DNA of 15,381 bases from Amoeboradix gromovi X-113 (taxonomy: Eukaryota; Fungi; Sanchytriomycota). Positions 9,145-15,381 of this stretch are shown here, piece after piece. Below the pieces are notes generated by a model that was given only the letters and a program-made list of their open reading frames with translations, made no database searches and was not told the DNA's origin. The stretch lies in NCBI GenBank assembly GCA_018985225.1, contig JADGIF010000194.1, positions 1 to 15,381 of the forward strand, written 5' to 3'. Positions within the stretch are counted from its first letter, which is position 1, and every line of letters begins with the position of its first letter. The translations under genes and the position numbers were made by a program.

Positions 9145-10290
9145 AACAATGGAGTGTTATTTTAAGTAATACTTTGAAGTGCAGTATGCATACAGGGCTG
9201 CCGAATATCGCAGCCACTCTAGGTAATCGCAGCGCCACATGGGCATGTGCAAAAGAATACATAGGCTCAGTGTTTATTGGTATTGGCCATTTGCGCTCTG
9301 AATTTCTCATTAGTATGCTTTGGGTTTGTTTCCGGATCAGTATGGTTGATGCTGATGACATAACTACACGTAAAAGACCCCTTGGATGTATAGCCATGAT
9401 AATTTCATCACTCAGGTTGTCAAGGATATATTTCTTTTCCACACTGAGGCTGATATAGGGCTGCATGTATCCACTCCCTCTGTACCCCAAGGTCCCTCAT
9501 TGTAGGCATCTTTTATATGTACTTCAAGCCCTTCCAGCTCCTATCTGCATGTATATTGATACATGGAATGTTCATCTCTTCAAACTCTTCTATGCTCTTG
9601 GTGTACTACGGATTTCATCTCAGCAAGTGCTCATCATCTTCTCTGGAGTATTTGGAACGTAAAACTTGATTTTTATCAAGAATTACGAGAACATTTTGCT
9701 TTCCAGTAATACGGGCAGAAGCAAATTGATCCCATCTGCCTTCTTTTTATATCACACCTGCAAACCCGAAAAAAATGGCCCGCAAATGCCGTAACTTGAT
9801 GCTCAGAATATGGCCAAATTTATGAGCAAGACCTATTCAACAATAGACTTTTGGAAGCATTGGCATAGATACTTAAACAGGTGGATAGCCCGTTATTTAT
9901 ATGTACCTCTGGATTGACCAAATACACAAATCTGGACTATATGGCTGATATTTAGCTTCATACCTACGGTATGATATTATGGTAAACTTGTCAGTTTAGA
10001 GACTGGCTATTGCACTATTTATTGTGCCAGAACATATTTGTAAAACAATGTTTAGATCCCACAGAGTATATCGTAATTAGTGTAAAATTACAAGTACAAT
10101 GATGAGTTTTCAGCAATTGGAGTAATAAATATTTTACTAATGACGACCGGTAATTCAGTTGGCTATGGACTATGAGCAGACGGTACAGGATGCAACTGAT
10201 GGGTATAGTATCAAATCCATTTGGTTTTGGATTTGCGTTTACTTAACAATCAATTGATCTTCTATTTTCAAAAGTAAATTTCTTCTGGTA
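9145..10290 (+). pseudogene. Heavily degraded MBOAT acyltransferase pseudogene, Gup1/HHAT subfamily (boundaries approximate)
   Basis: Collinear motif remnants across shifting frames: WVCFRISM, PLYP/GP, QNMAKFMSKTYSTIDFWKHWHRYLNRWIARYLYVPLD* (TGA at 9915-9917), IWLIFSFI, YDIMVNLSV*RLAIALFIVPE (TAG at 9997-9999), GVINILLMTTGNSVGYGL*ADG. These match the Gup1 order ENM..CMSNNYS...FWRxWHRSFNRW..RYxYxPLGG...WHD...WGWLI.LF.LPE...NI.MMM.ANLVGF. Confidence 0.88.
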
Positions 10291-10380
10291 GTAAATGATA
10301 CCGCAAAAGTTTCATGTAGCTACAGCTAGGGCACCCACAAAACCAAGAACAAAACTTCATGTCAGAAATAAGCTATTTAC

Positions 10381-11892
10381 TTACATTACAGACAATATGA
10401 CTGATACACAGGCCCAGAAAGACTCTAGTCTTGAAACCCCGTTTATTTGTTCTGCAACGGTTTCAGATGCTGCGATAGTTTCTGCTGATGAAAGAGTGAT
10501 TTCTGAATTCTCAATCCTGGACTTGTGATTGCCTCCACATATTTGCACAGCGGTCAACGTCATCTCGTTGTAGCTGTGTGGGTAAATATATATCACATCT
10601 ACTGGAACTACTGCTAAGCCTGTCTTGTTGAGCACTACGTCCATGCTGATATCCTTCAAGGTTTTCTCGTATAAGTATCCAATATTCTGGTATCCTGTGC
10701 TGGTACTACATCCCATCCAGTTGCAGTAAGTGTATGAATACTTACCCTCAAAGTAGATTCCGTAATACGGTGACAAGTCACGGTACTGGGCATTAAGAGT
10801 CATCCCCTTGGTTACGCTCAATTTTTCTGTGTAAACTGCTAGAACCCCACTACTAGATTTGGTAATATTTCTATAGACAGTGCATTCGTCATTATCCTCA
10901 AACAAGTAATCAGATGCCACATCAAATTTAACGTCGCTATCGTCAATACTGCACAATTCCAGTGTGCTCAATACCTGATATGTGTAGACTTCAATATAAT
11001 CAGCGTGGATGGATTGCCATCCCCTTCTTTCGAACATCTCATCCAGTGACACAACACCAGTGTTATTTGGAGGTGCATATGAGCTGTCTACAAAGTCATA
11101 ATACCCATTCTTAGGGTTACCATAGAAGTAAATGCCGAAATACACTGTACCGTGGTAGCTTTCTGGGTCTCTGGTGCCGTTGAACGCGGCCCTAAAATAG
11201 GAGCCAGCAGTTAAGTTGAAGCTGCCGTACATACTATAAAGAATAGGGCCCCAGTTATTTGATTTGGGCTTCAAATCAACAGACTTGCATTGGTTTCCGA
11301 GGAGGTGCTTACCTAGACCAAAACTTATAGCTGTCTGAGAAGGGTACGGAGACGAATTCATTGTTGACATCAACTCAAACTTGTAAAAAACGTTATTTGG
11401 TAAGTTTTTGTAGCACAAGGAACCAGAATACACCGAAATGTAAGAGTAGTAACTTCCGTAGATTTTTAATTGGTAAGCCCTTACTGAGCTGATGTTTCTT
11501 TTGTAAAGCATCTCAAAGAAAGTAGTCTCTGTACTAATCAGACTATTGCTATCTGTTGGTATGGTAATAAAGTCATAAAACTCTTCTGAAAATACTTCGA
11601 TATAGATATAATAGCTATAGTACGAGTACACTGATAAGTTCAGTACAGTAGAGTTGTCAATCTGAAAGTCTCCATCCACGTATGTACCTGATAAAGACCA
11701 TTTCCACTTTAATTCTTGACAGTTGGTGCTACTTGTTATGTTGGACCTGGTGCTGGTCTGAGTAGGGCTTGGCAGGGAGGCTGTTGAGGACTCTTCGCTA
11801 AATTCTGCTTTATAATATGTCCCAGATGTGCTAAGGTACTCAATACTGAATGACAGCAACGCGAGAAATATCAAAGCATAACCAGAAAACAT
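10381..11892 (-). CDS. Predicted secreted, GPI-anchored surface protein (503 aa) with three diverged Tyr-rich, Cys-bracketed repeats
   Basis: N-terminal hydrophobic signal (MFSGYALIFLALLSFS), S/T-rich linker, several NxS/T sequons, and a C-terminal NG + spacer + hydrophobic tail (FWACVSVILSVM) with no cytosolic residues. Internal repeats at about C58-C160, C202-C314 and C337-C452. Confidence 0.85.
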   Translation of the reverse strand: MFSGYALIFLALLSFSIEYLSTSGTYYKAEFSEESSTASLPSPTQTSTRSNITSSTNCQELKWKWSLSGTYVDGDFQIDNSTVLNLSVYSYYSYYIYIEVFSEEFYDFITIPTDSNSLISTETTFFEMLYKRNISSVRAYQLKIYGSYYSYISVYSGSLCYKNLPNNVFYKFELMSTMNSSPYPSQTAISFGLGKHLLGNQCKSVDLKPKSNNWGPILYSMYGSFNLTAGSYFRAAFNGTRDPESYHGTVYFGIYFYGNPKNGYYDFVDSSYAPPNNTGVVSLDEMFERRGWQSIHADYIEVYTYQVLSTLELCSIDDSDVKFDVASDYLFEDNDECTVYRNITKSSSGVLAVYTEKLSVTKGMTLNAQYRDLSPYYGIYFEGKYSYTYCNWMGCSTSTGYQNIGYLYEKTLKDISMDVVLNKTGLAVVPVDVIYIYPHSYNEMTLTAVQICGGNHKSRIENSEITLSSAETIAASETVAEQINGVSRLESFWACVSVILSVM

Positions 11893-13604
11893 TGAAAGTT
11901 ATTTAAAGCCACGTTATTTGGGCCTTCTAAAAAGCAAATAAATAGCCATTAAAGTGTTAAATCTCCAGAAGTTGCTGTTTCCAAGCATCGAGAGCGTCTG
12001 TTAGTTTATATTTTCTTCTCTAGACTAAGCGCATAAACTGTTATGAAGCCTTTTTAGTCAGTTTTTGGCGTGGTGCAAGCAAATATAGAAATTAAACAAA
12101 TTTGTAATATAAATCATCTTAAACCGCACTTACTTAAGGGAACACAAGTTCCATCTACCAATAAATATAAAAGGAAACAAATATACGTGAGAAGTTGTGA
12201 AGCGCAAAGCTGTTCCGAAACATTGCGAAGTAATTATCAAGACGAAAAAAGAGTTCGGGCTCTTTAGAGAGATTATTTAGTACTGGAGCCCAGATATTTT
12301 TACCGCGGAATAGGATGCTAGAGACATAGATCTTTTTAAACGAGTTTAGGATGATTCGGGATTTTGTTACCAGGCTCTAAAAACTAATCACGCTGAGTGC
12401 GATTCCTCTTTTTGCAAGCCAAGTCTTTCAACTTTGCTCAATATGCTTTCTGCGACTTGGTTATCGGTGCAACAATGTGATAGGAAGGTGTTAACTTGCG
12501 TTCTTACTCAAACGAGCTAAATCCCGCAGCTTTAACAGGAAGTGGGAAAGGCTGGATTTATAACATTTCAAATATTATACACTGACCACTCAATGTTTAT
12601 CAGTGTGAAATGTTCAGGGTAAGAATAATCAAAGTTCCAAGCGGAAATCCCAAGATACCATCGTGAATCTCAGTCGAAATAGTTTTTCATAAACCTTTGA
12701 ACCTGAGAGTATTTACTCTGTGTAACAGTTTGAAGTATCCAGTATAACTCATATATTGACCTTAAAATGAATATGTGCATATTGTCTCAAGTCTATTCCA
12801 TACGTTTTTGCTTCTAATGATAACTCTGGTAAATAGAAATCATAAGAGTTGGTTCCAGTAAAAAAAATTCCATGAGTATCAATTTGATCTAAATCATTTC
12901 AGGTACACTTAATGCAATATATTTCCAAGCATTACACCTTAAGAATTGCTGTAATTTTTACCATGGCATCGGCTTAATCTCATCTATATGGAAGACGCTT
13001 ATTTCTGATATGAGTTTGCAATTGGATTGTTTCCTCTAGTACTTATTTACAAGACCAAGGTATTGTTCACTTACAGCCCTATTGATTCACAATGTTTGTA
13101 GAGTACATAAAATAGTTTGTTCCAGATGTCTTTGCATCTGCGTAGGTTTAGGACATACTTTCTCTTGAATATTCTGAATGAATTCTTTGCCATAAACGCC
13201 TTGTAAATAGGATTAGTACGTTTCTTTGCGAAGTTCCATTTAGATATGTTAGCAATCACATCGAATGAATGCAACACTGTTGGCAACAATCATTTTTCAC
13301 CTTGAGTTTTGGTTAAAGGGCTCTAAATTCAACCCACGTAAATCCAATCCTTTAGCTGACAACACTGGTTCTAAAAAGCGTATCGCTGCAAACTCTTGTA
13401 TTGTTTTTTAAATTAGATGCCTTGTCTGCTGAGGGATTCAAGTGCTCCTTTACATTCTTGAATTTTTTGATTGAGTCTGGGTTTTATATTTAAACTCTCC
13501 TTTGCTTATATGAATTCCAATTAGAATTGTCCAAAAAGCTTAATGACAGTCAAACCAAAGAGATGGCAATCATTTGAAATTAAAATCTAATAGAACAAAT
13601 GTAT

Positions 13605-14141
13605 TTATTCAGCCTTCTTTTGCTTTTTCTTTGCAACACGTCCAGGTTTGCCTCCAGCTAATGAAGAGTTTAGCGCCAAATCAATATGTTTTTGGGATTC
13701 TACTCTAACCATGAAAGAAGCAACATCACAGACTTGATTTCCAACTCTGATATGCTTTTGTTTAATCAAAACACGAGCATGATGAACACTCTTGGCTAAT
13801 CCAAGCTTAAAAACTTGTGTTTGTAATCTTCTCTCTAAGAAATCTTCGATTTTCAAACCTAATACATAATCTAATTTTTGTTTAGTAGTGTCTAATACAC
13901 CTAATCGAATCAATCTTCTAATTAATGCGTTACCCTCGAACAATCTTTTTGGGTCTTTTGGTGGTAAAGTCAATAATTCTCTAGCAGCTCTTCTAATATG
14001 GGATAACATGAATCCAATTCTCCAGATTTCTTTCTTGTTCTTTAGTCCAAATTCTCCACATAATTTAAGTTCATGGTCCATTCTGTCTTTTTCATAAGGT
14101 CTACGAGGTACACGATAAACTTTTGAATGATTTGGTCGCAT
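13605..14141 (-). CDS. RPS9: 40S ribosomal protein S9 (uS4), 178 aa, intronless
   Basis: [41 protein letters not shown] and [11 protein letters not shown] motifs. The ATG at 14141 gives the family-length N-terminus [15 protein letters not shown]; the track's 13 extra residues come from a non-ATG start. Confidence 0.97.
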   Translation of the reverse strand: MRPNHSKVYRVPRRPYEKDRMDHELKLCGEFGLKNKKEIWRIGFMLSHIRRAARELLTLPPKDPKRLFEGNALIRRLIRLGVLDTTKQKLDYVLGLKIEDFLERRLQTQVFKLGLAKSVHHARVLIKQKHIRVGNQVCDVASFMVRVESQKHIDLALNSSLAGGKPGRVAKKKQKKAE

Positions 14142-14287
14142 TAGTAAAGTAATTGACGAGTATAAACATGAATAAAACACGTGAAATACAAATGTCTCCT
14201 TTTAGGTATATTGTCACATATGATGATTGGCGTCAAGCTGCTGTTTTTTGAATCGTCATCTTTTCCAAATTGAAATAATCACTTAAA
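14142..14287. promoter_or_regulatory. 146-bp divergent spacer between RPS9 and RPL17, putative bidirectional ribosomal-protein promoter
   Basis: Head-to-head geometry. It contains CACGTG (14178-14183) and TTGTCACA (14211-14218). Confidence 0.65.
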
Positions 14288-14860
14288 ATGGGAAGCATCA
14301 AGTACGGAACTAAGCCTCACAACATTGAAAAGTCTGTAAAAGCAAAAGCATCAAATATCAGAGTATCTTATAAAAATACTTTTGAGACTGCAAATGCAAT
14401 CAACGGAATGAAATTAAAGAAGGCTGTACAATATTTAAATGACGTCAAATTGCACAAGAGATGTATTCCATTTAGACAATACAACAGAGGTGTAGGTAGA
14501 ACCCCGCAGTGCAAAGAATGGAAGCATACTCAAGGTAGATGGCCTGAAAAGAGTGTTGATTTCGTGTTAAGCATCTTGAAGAACTTGGAAAGTAATGCTG
14601 AGATTAAAGGGCTAAATGTAGATACTTTAATTGTTAATCATGTTAGTGTTAATCAGGCTGCTAAAATGAGAAGAAGAACTTATCGTGCGCATGGTAGAAT
14701 TAATGCTTATTTAAGCAGTCCTTCTCACATTGAAGTCATTGCCACTGAAGCTGACTCGGTTGTTCCTAAATCATCAGTTGATGCAGCTAAACCAAAGTTG
14801 ACACAGCAACAAATTGGAAAAGCTTTATACGCTAAGAAATATAACAAAAAGTCAAAGTAA
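14288..14860 (+). CDS. RPL17: 60S ribosomal protein L17 (uL22), 190 aa, intronless
   Basis: [29 protein letters not shown] and [22 protein letters not shown] motifs. Confidence 0.98.
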   Translation: MGSIKYGTKPHNIEKSVKAKASNIRVSYKNTFETANAINGMKLKKAVQYLNDVKLHKRCIPFRQYNRGVGRTPQCKEWKHTQGRWPEKSVDFVLSILKNLESNAEIKGLNVDTLIVNHVSVNQAAKMRRRTYRAHGRINAYLSSPSHIEVIATEADSVVPKSSVDAAKPKLTQQQIGKALYAKKYNKKSK

Positions 14861-15053
14861 ATCTATTTTATTTTAGTTTGTTGTAGCCATTCACCTAGCA
14901 ATTGACTTTTGACATCCGGGACACTCTTGAAAGCAAATATCTCAAGTAAGAGTAGAAACGTCACTTGTCACTAGTACTCTATCCGGCAGCTTACCAATAA
15001 TAGTTTCTATTCTTCGTTATAGACTCAAGAATATGCAAGACTATAGTTTTCCT

Positions 15054-15376
15054 ACTAAGCGCATACACTAGTTTCGTGTTTGAGATACCCAATGGCCGTT
15101 TCTTTAGTGTTATAACTTCCCGTTAAAAGACCTGATTACCGAGAAAATCGAGAATTATTTGCTGCCACATATTGTACATGGCATCGAATTTTCGTGTTTG
15201 GACCAGTTCCTCAGTGTTGATGAATCTATGCTGTACCTGATAGTGATTTCTTTAGAATTGATTTACCACTTGCGAATAGGAAGAAATCAAGTATTTAAGC
15301 TATTAGAAAAGTCTTGAAATTATACAAAAATGCATGCTAATTCGCGATGAATGATTTATTCAAGAAAACAATCGAG
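15054..15376 (+). repeat. Diverged dispersed direct repeat, copy 2, internally shortened relative to 415-990; may extend left to about 14880
   Basis: Same blocks as copy 1 in the same order. Segments equivalent to about 543-650 and 692-780 are missing. gttgtagcc...ctagcaattg at 14880-14904 resembles the left inverted arm. Confidence 0.88.
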
Positions 15377-15381
15377 CTGCA

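Noticed and set aside
9140-9662. ORFs 9140..9490, 9174..9458 and 9465..9662 as independent genes
   Set aside because: They are fragments or antisense of the GUP1-like pseudogene.
12070-12267. 65-aa plus-strand ORF
   Set aside because: GTG start, short, with no motif or other support.
14142-14180. N-terminal extension of RPS9, or an intron using TACTAAT next to the start codon
   Set aside because: The extension depends on a non-ATG start. The branch-like TACTAAT overlaps the ATG with no suitable downstream AG, and ATG 14141 already gives a normal-length N-terminus.
1-15381. Prokaryotic systems (CRISPR arrays, operons, IS elements), tRNA or rRNA genes
   Set aside because: All identifiable genes are eukaryotic. 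I saw no regularly spaced repeats, cloverleaf or rRNA signatures by eye; a tRNAscan-SE/Infernal run would be needed to exclude small RNAs.

Overview
An AT-rich, gene-dense eukaryotic window, most likely from a divergent, reduced fungus or close relative (inferred from the Pfa4-, Ufd4-, Gup1-, uS4- and uL22-type proteins). It uses the standard genetic code. Intact genes: a DHHC palmitoyltransferase (Pfa4-like), a Cys-type glutathione peroxidase, a Ufd4/TRIP12-like HECT E3 ligase, a minimal nuclear poly(A)-binding protein, an MGSCC-type dually acylated orphan protein, a predicted GPI-anchored protein made of three diverged Cys-bracketed repeats, and a divergent RPS9/RPL17 pair. The most striking feature is that the two HECT ORFs join into one gene by removing a single 19-nt GT-AG intron (3761-3779), and this is the only intron any recognisable gene here requires. 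The HECT and PABP start codons are only 42 bp apart, head-to-head. Alongside this compaction there is decaying DNA: a heavily broken GUP1/HHAT-type MBOAT pseudogene, other possible gene relics, and a MITE-like repeat family with about 100-bp inverted arms. Diverged direct copies of this repeat and its flank bracket both ends of the window.
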